The notes under the pieces were generated by a model, which saw only the letters and a list, made by a program, of their open reading frames with translations, was not told where the DNA came from and searched no databases. A stretch of DNA of 64,000 bases from positions 682,001 to 746,000 of the forward strand of contig NW_025767102.1 in assembly GCF_003918875.1 (NCBI RefSeq). The letters run 5' to 3'. Position 1 is the first letter of the stretch. Every line of letters begins with the position of its first letter. A program made the translations under genes and the position numbers. Positions 1-11,620 of the stretch are shown here, piece by piece. The DNA comes from Haliotis rubra. Lineage: Eukaryota.

Positions 1-2
1 CA

Positions 3-581
3 GTCGAGCAATACAACAATACGACATCCCACCATTACTACGATCTACAGGTATCCGACCTGTGGATGAACGATACATTTTCAACGACGTATATATGGCT
101 CCAGAACTTTCTGCGTTCAATCATACCGTTATGTATTCTCATAATCCTTAACACTTGTATTATCTACGGAATGAGACGATGCCGGATCGGCAGGTCAAAG
201 TCGAGCAGACGACACCGCATCACCGTCATGTTGATTGTCGTCATCATCGTGTTTCTCGTCTGCATCACCCCGGATGCCATCATGTCGACATTCTTCGGCA
301 TCGGATATTATGAAGAGAAGTTCCTGCAACGAGGCGTCAGGGAGATCACGGACTTGCTACTTCTTGTCAATTCGGCTTGTAATTTTATCATTTATTGCAT
401 ATTTAACACCATATTTTGGAGGAACTTTGTGTATTTATTCTGTAGACCTTGTTGTGGTCCAACAGTTCAAATGGAAGAGTCACAAATACGACGGTTGTCA
501 CTGGTGGGTCGACCACGCCCATCCTTGCACGTGCGAATAGGAAGCCGGAAGTTCAAAGACGGTCTTCTGTCAGAAGTCTGA
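3..581 (+). CDS. 3' part (ECL2, TM5-TM7, C-tail) of a rhodopsin-family peptide GPCR (FMRFamide/sex-peptide-receptor-like group); 5' end lies outside the window
   Basis: Frame is open from base 3. TM5 IIPLCILIILN, basic ICL3, TM6 FLVCITP, TM7 NSACNFIIY (NPxxY variant typical of this group), helix 8 and Cys cluster CRPCC; stop at 579-581. AATAAA near 1780 could end the 3' UTR. Confidence 0.9.
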   Translation, partial: VEQYNNTTSHHYYDLQVSDLWMNDTFSTTYIWLQNFLRSIIPLCILIILNTCIIYGMRRCRIGRSKSSRRHRITVMLIVVIIVFLVCITPDAIMSTFFGIGYYEEKFLQRGVREITDLLLLVNSACNFIIYCIFNTIFWRNFVYLFCRPCCGPTVQMEESQIRRLSLVGRPRPSLHVRIGSRKFKDGLLSEV

Positions 582-1369
582 CACCTGTGAAATACACGTC
601 AGTGGATCATTCTTCCGGTTGTTTATGATCATGTTTACTGAACATGACAGCACATAGCCAACAAACTAGCTGTTGTCAGGATTGGCCAACGATTTGTGCT
701 GAGTAATCTGTGTGTGATCAGGGTATGTCTACCTGAACTTCACGAAACGGTGATCTAGTGTTGATGCAATGTCAGCGTATGAATGCTTTACGTGAGACCA
801 ACCACAAAGAAATCTCCGAGTGGCAATTTTATGAACCAATGTCGTGACTTCGCTATTGCTCAACGATCGTACTTCCTACTTGAGATTGATTTCACGTCGT
901 TTGTTCAAAAGTAATTCCCTTGATAATTTCAATGTTTTTCTTTACACTGAAGCGTTGAGCCGAGCAACATACACATACGAAACTGTTTGTTGTGAGGATG
1001 TGTGTCCCTGTTGCACAGACCAAGCTGCTCAACAATCTCAGACCATTCATTCTATGTGTGATACAGCAACTGTGATACACCCTCGAAAGTTTACATTTTA
1101 TATGAAATTTGTATATATTGTTCCGGGCTTCTTTGTACATGTCATGTTGGATGTCATCCCCCACTGCCTACGGAATGTTTATGGCGTCTTCACTTGGGCA
1201 TGTCTTACCTGCTACGATTTATAACCGCTCAATAATCAGTTATCAACTGGTTATGTGAATTTGATGGTGCACTATGTATTTTAAGGGAACCATAAATATA
1301 ACACTATCTAACGAATCGGTATTTCATGGAATTCTTCCATGAAATTGGACGTACATCCTCTAGTAATGC

Positions 1370-1441
1370 TACCTCCAAAATGAACCAATAGCATTGAAGA
1401 CCCCTCACAATGCATAAGCTCATTGGTTGATTTTGGAGGTA
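1370..1441. repeat. short inverted repeat (MITE-like relic)
   Basis: ACCTCCAAAATGAACCAAT ... ATTGGTTGATTTTGGAGGT are near-complementary arms. Confidence 0.55.
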
Positions 1442-2702
1442 CAATCATTTTGCTGTGCTCAAATGAACGTGGGCGTTATTTTGTTGATAGGAAAATATCG
1501 TTTGAAAATCGAAGCTCGACTAAAAAATTCTTGATGTTTGTAACATTCCTGTAACTAAAACGCATCATTTCATCTTCACGTATCCATTAATCATTCAATA
1601 ACTCTAACAACTGGAAAGAAGTCATGGATTCATTTGTAATGGCTCATTGTACCTGAGACTGCTGCTTAGCTTATGTATTTGTTTTCTACTGACGCTTGCC
1701 TTAGTGCTGTACTGCCTGTGTTACAGGGGACAATCAAAACTCTTGTTAAGGGAAGTGTACCATATGTTCATTCTTGTGTAAATAAACTGATATTGTCAAC
1801 GTTTAAAGGTTACGTTGTTGTTCAAGTTTGCGTTGGCATGTCGACGTTTAGAACATCGTATACTCGTAATTAAGAACTTTGGAAACATAAGCTAGAGCAT
1901 AGCTATATTAAAACGGATAGATTGCAACAAACAGCATATATTACGTCAGTAGTTAGACCGTACTTGTTCAGTTAATTTTCATGTTTCGCTACAATCGTCA
2001 TTCAGCTTCGGCTATTGGCGATATTACAAATCTCTTCTGACAAAATTTCTTGTAGATCAAATATGTTGTTATTACAAAGCGCATACATGTGGTCTCACCT
2101 TAGGCAAGTGAAAAAAATGGGTACCTGGTGAATTAAGTCGTGAGACTATTAACCATCTAGCGCCTAACAAGCAGCTTGGGTTATCCGGGGTAATAATGAT
2201 CAGATTGTGAGCAAAACAAATAAGTTCTTAAATGTTTAAACAACTTTTCATAAGTCTGCAATTGTATGTGGATGACCAAAGTCGCCATATACTAGTTGTT
2301 GTATGTCTTGTTTGACTCCTCTATATGACGGCGGTCTGTAAATAATCGAGTATGGTCCAAACAATCCAGTGATTGACATAGTGAACATCAGTCTACACAA
2401 TTATGAAGCCTAACGGCGAGCAATAAACGTTAGCCATTGAAGACCATATCATGTCATATTAATTGGAAACTGTTGTATAACTGTATATAACTTATACCTA
2501 CACGTTTGAGTTAGTGTTTTTACAATGATTTAACTGGCAATCCACTCGTTAAATTGTTTTATATCTACTGAGAAACAGATATTTACATTTACTGTAGAAA
2601 CATTTATTCTGTTCGGTGACATATTAAGTCTTACGCTAATATGAATCAATTAAACCTACCACAAATTCGAATCCATATCGTCAAACATTTATATATATAT
2701 AC

Positions 2703-2810
2703 ATGTTTTCAAGACCAAAATACATAAGAGAATAGAGGCCCATATATATATATACGACGTAAACAAACTAAATGTTTTCACGACCAAAATACATAAGAGA
2801 ATAGAGGCCC
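2703..2810 (+). repeat. short direct duplication
   Basis: ATGTTTTCA(A/C)GACCAAAATACATAAGAGAATAGAGGCCC occurs twice, separated by (TA)n. Confidence 0.8.
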
Positions 2811-3339
2811 AAAAGAGAATGCTCTTTTCTCAATGTATACTTAGGAAATCACATCATTTTAACCGCTGTTTTGCCTTTTACACCCAACATAATCTGTTTT
2901 GGCATATAATGTACACTGACAATTCTGTGGTTTCGACTTTGTTTATAAACTATAACGTCTCGGCGGTGTAATCATTTTGTTTGACGTCATACCACTTTGT
3001 TATATAGAGATTGTAAGTATACACAGACGGAGTGTTGTTAATTACATAAACAGACAAACCGATAGCTTCAAAGCCCATTGACAAAAATAGATCAAGTTTT
3101 CTTTAAATGAGTGATTAAAAGTTGAAATTGGGAATTATCTAAGTAATTGTTCACGTCTCTTGTACTTTCACCGCGATCTCGCAAAACGTGTAGAAAGCAA
3201 TCTTTAGAACTGCTATGACCATGTCACTCTTAGCTGGATTATAGGAATTACATTCCCCTCCACTGCAATTTAGCTTTGTCAGAGCAGACAGTCATTAAGG
3301 ACTTAAATACGAAGCCAAATGGCGCCACTTTGGAGGCAT

Positions 3340-3690
3340 GAAATATTATTTTTAAAAGTTATTCCAATTCTTTGCTTATCTTCTTCGAATTTTTCTGGGG
3401 TTTTCTTTTTCATGTTAGTTTTATATTTTCGATTATTGTTTCGTTATTTCAGGTTTGTTAAAAAATCTACGTTTTGGTTTCTGACTCATTGCTTCCATTA
3501 TTACTTCGTTATTTCAATTTTGTTTTTCAAAATTTCGAGTTCTTTCGCGTTACTTCGATTATTTTCTCATTATCTGAAGTTTCTTTCCACAACTCGGAAA
3601 TTTGGAGACAAATTATTGAAATAACAAGAAATTGTGGTCATAAAAATACCTTATGCTACCAAATAACAGCGACCAAACCCTTTTCCACAT
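3340..3690. mobile_element. degenerate palindromic MITE with TTCGTTATTTC/GAAATAACGAA subrepeats; related pieces at ~15630-15710 and ~32705-32760 plus 34235-34390
   Basis: ttcgttatttc-type motifs on the left face gaaataac-type motifs on the right; homologous pieces sit at the triplication junctions. Confidence 0.5.
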
Positions 3691-3879
3691 CCGTAATTAA
3701 TAAAAATCTGCTCAAAGAAGAGTCGATTGTAGAATTCCAACCATATCACGAGCACGTGTTTATGGATCAATATCAAAATAGTGATGATGCCAGGTGTATG
3801 AAAAGGTAGGCGTATCCTGGCAACTGTCATAAACACACTCAATGGCTAGTCAGTTTCTCACCTGAAACACAACGGGAAT

Positions 3880-4300
3880 GTCAAAATAGGGAAATGTATT
3901 GGACAGCATTCTGGTCACTGGTAGGTCAAATGTTTAAACTTCCTCCACGTGTCCACTTTAAAACTTTGTGAAGGCTTAACTGCGGTCTTCAGTGATACAG
4001 CTGAGTAAGAGCCGTATGAGGTTCTTTGATATCTTGGTAGAAACAGCATACTCGATTGTACTTCAAAAGTTGTGATAAACAGCAAAAGCTAAATCAGTTG
4101 TAAGATTGAAATAAAATCTTCGATAAACCTGAAACTTAAGTTACACATCATATCCAGATTATCTTGTTTTGATTTTGGTAGCCCGAGCAGAAATTCTGAT
4201 TCATGTGCATAAAGAAATAGATCAGGAAGGAAGAGAGTACAACTGGATGTTGTTTGTAAACAAATCGGGTCTGTACCATACAATCCAAAACAAATCTGCC
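3880..4300 (-). pseudogene. decayed Penelope-like element (PLE) reverse transcriptase fragment
   Basis: SCTLFLPDLFLYAHESEFLLGL...NLSFRFIEDFISI resembles the PLE RT core (NCAPLLADLFLYSYEADF...FRYIDDVLSL); the catalytic YIDD is mutated. Confidence 0.75.
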
Positions 4301-4369
4301 GAATGATTGGTGTCATTTGTCCCTCTTTGTAGATTTGGCGTGAACATAGCTGCGTCTAAGCTTATAGAT

Positions 4370-4718
4370 GAGGTGAAATTGGGTTTAACGTCGTGCTTGA
4401 GAATATTTCGCTCATATGACGACGTGCATGCGTGTGTATGTGTTTGTGCGGCTGCTTGTACTAGCCCAGACTGAAGCTGGTTTTATAGTGCTAGCCCACT
4501 GAGATACCATGCCGCAGTGAAGCATGAATACCCCACTCAGACACATTATACTGACTCCGAGCCGACCAGTCCTTGTTGTACCCATTAATGCCGAGCGCCA
4601 GGCAGGGACCAAAACGTACCGTATTTTAACGTCTTTTGGTATGACGCGGTCGGGGATCGAACCCGCGACCTTCCGCTCTCCGGGCGGAGGCTCTAACCAC
4701 TACACCACGGAGGCGGTC
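4370..4718 (-). mobile_element. tRNA-headed SINE, ~350 bp (family C)
   Basis: A box (GTGGTGTAGTGG), B box (GGTTCGATCC) and (TCACC)n tail; nearly identical to 37440-37795 and 55334-55691. Confidence 0.9.
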
Positions 4719-6239
4719 CTCTACGCTATTATGATGCTGGAAACAGGCTCAATACATTAACGTTGGAAAGTTCTTTGGTCATAACGACTGGAAACGTCTT
4801 TTATTTTGTCATTACGTCCTTATTCCGGTCCTTTTGACATTCTAAGATGCCTTGCGGTTAGAACAATCGAAAAAAAAATACATTATCAGACAATAATGGT
4901 ATTTTTTTTTGATGACGTAACAATTGAATGACGTTATCCCGTCACTGCGCCATTCTAGTGTGCCCCCTCGTAATCAAACCATTTTACATTACGTCACAAT
5001 GTAAGCGACGTCACGATGCATGACAGTTGTCATCGCCTTGTATGGCCTACTACAGTAAACTACTCCGTTGCATCCCGTTTCCTGGTTTGCAGTTGCTTTC
5101 CGCAGCTAACATCACTGGTGGAAACATTACGTTTATGTTTTACGACGGTTAAAATGTGTCATTTCGACTCACAAGTTTTCAACGACACGGTAACGTTCGC
5201 AATGTTTACATTCCCACAATGCAATCGTGGAATGTCGCTTGACTACTCAGCTTCATCTGGATGTACTGATCTAAACTTACGTTGGTAGGTCCTCGTACTT
5301 TAACTATAATAGTTTAGGGCGAAAGTGTGTTTTATTACACTATACATGGTGGTAGAGCGAACTGTATTTCTTAATTCATACAAGTATAGGCTATTGCTGA
5401 CCTCTTCTTTTCCGGGATTCCTGCCTGGAATTGTTAAAGAATATTGTCGAATCATTATATTCAGGAAACTTTTTTTCATATCTCCATCGCTTATTTTCTC
5501 AGCTTCTAATATTTAAGAAGTTTCCGCACGCTCGAAACAACGTGATAGTGCTTCATCATTTAGCAAGAGACGTACTTCAAAATAAATTGATCTCATCTAG
5601 AGATGCACCTGTATTTGCGCTGAGCATTTACTTGCAGCTTTACTGACACTCCACGTCATCGAACAATTGAACTGTCATTCACATCACCGACTTTAAATCT
5701 CTGACCTCACATGTGACCAGCACTCGACCCAGTCTGGGACAGGTTTACGTGTTACACAAGTACCTGATCAATCCTAGGAGGCGTTGCATGTGACACAGGT
5801 GTCATGCAATCGATGAAACTGACACTGAGGATATGACTCAGTGATGCTACGATGACAAGGCAGAAGAACTGCCTACATCTGCTGGTGCAGGATAGTGGAA
5901 TACCTGTATTGAGAATTTGCATTTTCTAATATGTTTCGCCCACTACTAACAGACAGACAGACAGATAGATAGGATAGACATATGTCATGGAAGCAGAACT
6001 CAGACACAAAGTAATTGTAAGGATTCATAAGCCGTTACGTATACCATGCGAGCAAACGAACCCGGACAGTTGTTTTCGTAACGAACAATATAAGTTCTTT
6101 TCTAGGGCGTACCCGTATGATGATAGTGATTTTCAACTTATTACTATAATAAATATCAGAGATTTGCCATTCATCAATTCCCTCTTGATGGTACAATTTT
6201 GCAACGTGTCCACGTTTGATTCCAGTTAAGGTTTGTGTG

Positions 6240-6463
6240 TCTGTTTGGTTTTTTAACCCGGCACTCAGTAATATTCCAGCTATTTGACAGTGGTCTCTGC
6301 ACCAGACAGTGCATTGATTAACATCATGAACATCTTTTGACGCAATTGGGAAACGATGAAGTGCATCAACCAAATCAGCGAGTCTGACTGCCCAACCCCG
6401 TTAGTAGCCTTTTATGACAAGCATGGGTTGCTGAAGACTAATTGTAACATGGATCTTCACGGT
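6240..6463 (-). mobile_element. headless SINE family A (orthologous insertion at 16645-16873 in copy 2)
   Basis: Reverse complement of the CCGTGAAGATCC...AATATT(G)CTGAGTG...AAAC consensus. Confidence 0.8.
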
Positions 6464-7504
6464 TTCCAGATAACGGTAATGTAGTGTTGTAAATGACCTT
6501 GATCTCATATGTTTGTTGATATTCGCGCAAAATGCAGAAACCATCTACCCGAAAATAAACATCTATGTTAAATGTTACCAGTTACCGATAAGATATTGAT
6601 AGGCCAAAGAATATTTTTACAAAACAAATAAAAACGTTATCAAGACGCACTGGGTTTACAACAGTCCAAACTTAACGTCCAAAGCAAAACCAGATAACTG
6701 TAACAAACATATACATTGAATAACTATTTCTTGATTAATCCATTTTAGCCACCATCAAACATATGTGTATACTTTCTTTTGTCCGTCAGTTTCCTGGGTC
6801 CCCAGTTTATCATGACAAAAGTAGATTGAATTTACAATAGTTTAGTGAGCAGGAAAATCCATTCTAGGTTCGTTTTGTTTTAGCAGGGTTAATGGACACT
6901 GCATACGTAGACGGGTTAAACATGGTTGTTTCCAAACGAAATTAAATGAGGTAATTTCAAACAACTATTTTTATCGTCTATTAATTCAAGTTCCACTGTC
7001 TACTTTTTTTTTTTAATGTTCAATTATCCTAAGTACCCACAGACAATGTTACAGGTTTACACAAAGCTGAATGAAGATGTAAATGGGGGCTATTGAAGAT
7101 AGTAGCAGATTAGCAGATTCTGGTTGGATGCCAAAAATACGCAGATTTCAGTGTGTGAAGTCTGCAACTGCACACGTAGGCAATCTGACCACACACCGCA
7201 GTGAATAATCAATACTGTATATTGAAACCCACAGTTTCATGATTACCATTTCAAAAATGCAATACAATTGGTAAAATAAAGTGCATTCGCGAATATTCGG
7301 AATACTGGCACTGTTTAATGTGATGAATGAGTGCTCTCAACGTTCTTTATTTAACAATCGTTTCTGAATGTAGCAAGAATCCGATACTACTAAACAGGTA
7401 TCTCAACTTGGCAGGTAAAGAAGCATCAGGTCAGTTCAAAACCACCTCGAATTCTGTCGCTCTTATACCAGTATTTAGGTGCATCTAGCCTTCCACAACT
7501 GCAC

Positions 7505-7580
7505 ATGTAGCAGGGGTCTAGTGGATAGTGGGTCTGCCAGGAGAGCTGAAGGTGCGTGGTTCGATCCCTGACTGCGTCAC
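7505..7580 (+). mobile_element. degenerate tRNA-derived SINE head (also ~24740-24812 and ~36015-36087)
   Basis: GGTCTAGTGG A-box-like and GGTTCGATCC B-box; no cloverleaf can be completed. Confidence 0.55.
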
Positions 7581-7637
7581 ATTAAACATAAATTTCGTAC
7601 TTTTTGTTACTCTGCCTGCAGCTCAAAATTGAGAGGA

Positions 7638-7846
7638 NNNNNNNNNNNNNNNNNNNNNNNNNNNNNNNNNNNNNNNNNNNNNNNNNNNNNNNNNNNNNNN
7701 NNNNNNNNNNNNNNNNNNNNNNNNNNNNNNNNNNNNNNNNNNNNNNNNNNNNNNNNNNNNNNNNNNNNNNNNNNNNNNNNNNNNNNNNNNNNNNNNNNNN
7801 NNNNNNNNNNNNNNNNNNNNNNNNNNNNNNNNNNNNNNNNNNNNNN
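7638..7846. other. assembly gap (N run)
   Basis: Run of n; the paralogous sequence at ~36150-36450 indicates what is missing. Confidence 1.
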
Positions 7847-8649
7847 CGACCAAGTGTAACCTGCAACGGCTTTCTTCAGCACAGATTACCAGAGCTACAC
7901 AAAATGAGTACACACTTGGCAAATGTAAATCACAGCCCTGTGAACTTTCCTTTTGTATTAACCAATAATATGGCTTCTATTTCAAGTGTTGTGATGGATC
8001 TACTCGTGTGATCATCCTTGAGTGAAATTGTCTATGGCTGTTCCATTAAGCGTCCATCACAACATAATGAGTAGCACGAAATAACAGACTGGGTCACAGT
8101 AGCCTGGTTCAGATGAGTCTCGATCCCGATGCCATGGAGATGATTTAATATTTCATTTGATATACATCACCCAAAGGTTTGAAGTCGAGATGAGTTGAAA
8201 GGAAATTATGTATCAGTTGTAAATGGACGTTTACATAATAGTTTTTAGCGATACATGAAGTGGTTTGGGCAACTTCCTGGGAAACGAGATTGATAATATG
8301 ATGCTGGACTAGGGAGACTGATGAAGGATAGTGTAGAGGCTATTGATTGCTTTAGCTAGTTTGTCTAGGATACCTAGAACGGTATTTCAGACTATTTGGA
8401 TTTTAATGATTAGGGAGGAGTTTTTTTCAAAATAGATGGTAAAAGTGTTGTGACTGAGGCGGGTGAGTGTTTTAGTTTTAATGTTGATAGATATGCCTTT
8501 TCTCATATATATATGTTAAATGTGTTTTGGTTTTGATGGCATGATGAGTTTTAAGGCTGCTACGATTGAAATATTGGGATAACAGCAACCAGGTGAACTG
8601 AAAAAAGACAAGTTATTATCTGCCCTTGTCATTACAGAGTTCTCTCCTT

Positions 8650-8738
8650 TTCCGGGTACTCGATTCCTAGAAATATGACTCGATTCCAGGTGTACCCGTC
8701 CCGGATTCGAGTACCCGAGTACCCGTCCCAGCCCTACA
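8650..8738 (-). mobile_element. terminal remnant of a hAT-like MITE
   Basis: Reverse complement begins TAGGGCTGGGACGGGTACTCGGGTACTCGAATCC, a TAGGG terminus with subterminal repeats; only one end is present. Confidence 0.5.
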
Positions 8739-8799
8739 GCCAGGTGTGCGTTTTGAAAGACTCTTACAGATTCCTGTTTGGATATCACTGGATTTGCGT

Positions 8800-9130
8800 T
8801 TCCTCGTTATACTGCAGCTTTTCCCATCATACCCCGCATTTCCTCCAATATGCATACATACATACACGACAGTGTGGTGTCTTCGCTATTCTACAGCTTT
8901 AGCAATCATACATCGCATTTCCTCCCTATACTACAGTGTTGACAATCACACCACGCATTCCCTCGATATACCACATATTTGGCAATCACAACCCTTGTGT
9001 CCTCGCTATACAACAGTCATGACAAACATACCACATGTGCCCTTGCTATACTACAGATGAATTTCATCACGACTTTCCTGGCCATAGTACAGCTTTGCTC
9101 ATCATACTTCACCTTTCTCCCGCTATCCAA
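8800..9130 (+). repeat. old degenerate ~40-bp minisatellite (also ~37870-38380)
   Basis: Recurrent CTATACTACAG..TGACAATCATACCACGCATTTCCTCG-like units. Confidence 0.7.
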
Positions 9131-9679
9131 TTATCATTTTAATGTTGCAGTGCAGCATTTCAACACTTTCAGAATCGTGTTACAATCCTTTGATGTAGAG
9201 CTCTCGATTACTAAATGACAGTGATTGCTCACAGCATATCACAGTTACGTTTCAATACTTGAGCGTCAAACTGACACTTTTACACTCCCCAGCACTAAAA
9301 CACCTATCTCTACATGCAATACAGGACCTGCATACTGAGTGTCATCACGGTGTCATGGGCTTGAACGAACGTCCAGTGAACAATCACAAAAGTCTATGTT
9401 AACACACAGGATTAGGTAAAGAAAAACAAAAACAGATAATGCAATGGGTGCAGGTTTTAAAGTTTTATATCAGACCCATTCACAAATGCCTGAATGGTAT
9501 CGTCCCAGTTCGAGTCTTTGTTTCTGGATTTGTTGGAACCATACCCAGACCCTGGGTGAGTTTAACCAAAGTGGTAAAGGTCTAAAGCATGCGTCACTTC
9601 GGGCTGTTATGCATGTATATACTTTTGTCAATATGGTGAATAGGGGATTGGGTGTTTAATCATTGTTAAACGGATAGGT

Positions 9680-11620
9680 GTCTCTGTTCCAATCTGAATG
9701 GTTGAAAAAAACGTCAATACAAGGAATTTAATCTTCATTTTCACAGCATATGATTAACATTCTTTTACTCACCAAACGTATCTTTTATCCTCAATCCAAA
9801 CTTTGCAAAACTTCCCACGACGCTATCTCTTGCTCGAGGAATCGCTATTGCTTTTATGTAACGCTTCAACAACAGAATGAGTGAGTTGATTTCTTCACAT
9901 GTTATCGGGAAACTCATCGCTTTGGGTTTAAATATAAGTAACATAGAGATTAACCTACTGGCAACCTCGAATTACACATTATCGGTCCTAGGAATGATGG
10001 AATAATGTTAAAAGTCAAACACAAGTTCGCGAATAAAAATCATTAATTCCCTAGGGACAAGTCCTACGTAATTTCACGTTGCTCTCGAAGCAAGCACCAA
10101 ACGTAGGTCTATCTTTATATGACACAAGCCTACTTTTATCGGTCCACCGTGAATTGCACTTTTTATTACTAACATTCGTGAACAGACTCGCTGAGAAGAA
10201 AACACATCTACATTGTGTAACGTTAGGTCGATGATCCGCAACGCAGGTTATAAAATACCGCCATAGATTAACTGTACCAACAAACAGCGTCTAGAAGCTC
10301 TGAGGTGATATGGTTTATGAGCCATAAACATCTCAAATCGACGGCTATGTATGAACACGTTCTGGGATAGATGGTTAATTGAAAAAAATGGATATCTCCA
10401 ACAACACACCTTAAGCTTTTAGAAGGATCTACAACGTTTTACCGGGAAGTGGACAATCCCCTGTTGAAAGTAACTGAGTAGTATATACAATTATGGGGAC
10501 ATGGGTTCCATTTAAATCGTAATGGTTAAGGTAGGCGACTGAAAAATGTTAACTGATGCACATCTGTGCGTTTGAAAAGATCACTGAATTCCCTTTAAGG
10601 TACCAGAGAGGAGAGAAACCCTGATATGATCTGCTTTTCGTGGGTCAAATACCAGATTATGATTATTATTCTTGGTTTACCACGATAAACATGCTCTTCT
10701 CGAAGAACTGTACCACTTCGGGCTTTCCGACCACATTTGTCAGACCCACAATTTCATCTCGTCAAGTGTAATGGAATTCCATACAAACAGATAAATACCT
10801 TTTGAAAGAAACATTAAATGCTGAAGACATTCCCAGTCCTCTTTTCCACTGGATTTCCGAGAATGCGTACAAAGACTTAGAGGCATTGCTTAGAGAGTCC
10901 AGCAAATTTAATTCTTAATACAATTAGTAAAGGTTTTTCATCTTTATTCACAGATTGTATTTGAGACAAGTGGAATTAAAACCACATGCAATCCCTCAGA
11001 CGGAAAGGCTCTGCTGGACTTTTTGCTGTCTCAGAAAAGAACCAATTTCGATTTTGACAATGCATTTGATTTGGCTAACTTAAGGAAAAACTTCATGCCT
11101 TGATCAATGTGGCTTTTGTTACAAAACGTGCTAACCATTGATACTGTGCCTCGTGTTCAAAGATGAAACCAAGACGTGAATTGCTGGACTTCTTCATTGA
11201 TCAAAGTTGTGTAAAATGAGGCTGTAACAAATTTAAACGAGAATCAGACGTCTCCGTGAGCAACTGAACTATAAAGAGGAGATCAGTGAAAGTGCCTATA
11301 CATTTGTCATATTTAGACATGTGCATAAAGATTCAGTGCTACCAAACACTCTTTAAAAGACTGCCTGATATGAGGGATGACTTCCAAAGTGTTACCTTAG
11401 CAACAGGAGTCAACATTTCACAACTTCAGCTTAACACGAGTGTGCTGCCTTGAAAAGTGTCAGAAGTTCAAACGTTATTTGATTGGGATTGCAATATTAA
11501 AGTGCTTGGTAAAGGTTTCTAAAAGTTATAGACTAGACGGGTGGAGGAAATTTCAAATTTGAAAGTGATAAAAATATGTCTGATGCATTTGCCTTTTTTG
11601 AGTTGTTCCCATTTCTTCAG
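9680..11620 (+). pseudogene. heavily decayed Penelope-like retroelement ORF, copy 1
   Basis: Broken frames give VGD.KMLTD, EKLHALINVAFVTK, ELLDFFIDQ and SYLDMCIKI...LPDMRDDF...GVNISQL, in the order of the PLE RT motifs (TGDL, KMLDFLIDNI, SYLDL..LYDKRDDF..GVYISQL). Confidence 0.7.

Noticed and set aside
844-1224. 126-aa ORF downstream of the GPCR
   Set aside because: No recognisable motif, GTG start, and it lies in the probable 3' UTR.
7582-8011. ORFs spanning N runs (also 56976-57304)
   Set aside because: Artefacts of assembly gaps.
8310-8350. CTGATGA conserved in all three copies as a hammerhead or C/D-box core
   Set aside because: No paired GAAA core or terminal stems; the conservation is explained by the duplication itself.
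10440-10560. QLWGHG/QVWGHE resembling the WGHP motif of negative-strand virus L proteins (endogenous virus)
   Set aside because: Surrounding frames match ordered Penelope-like RT motifs much better, and no other L-protein motif was found.
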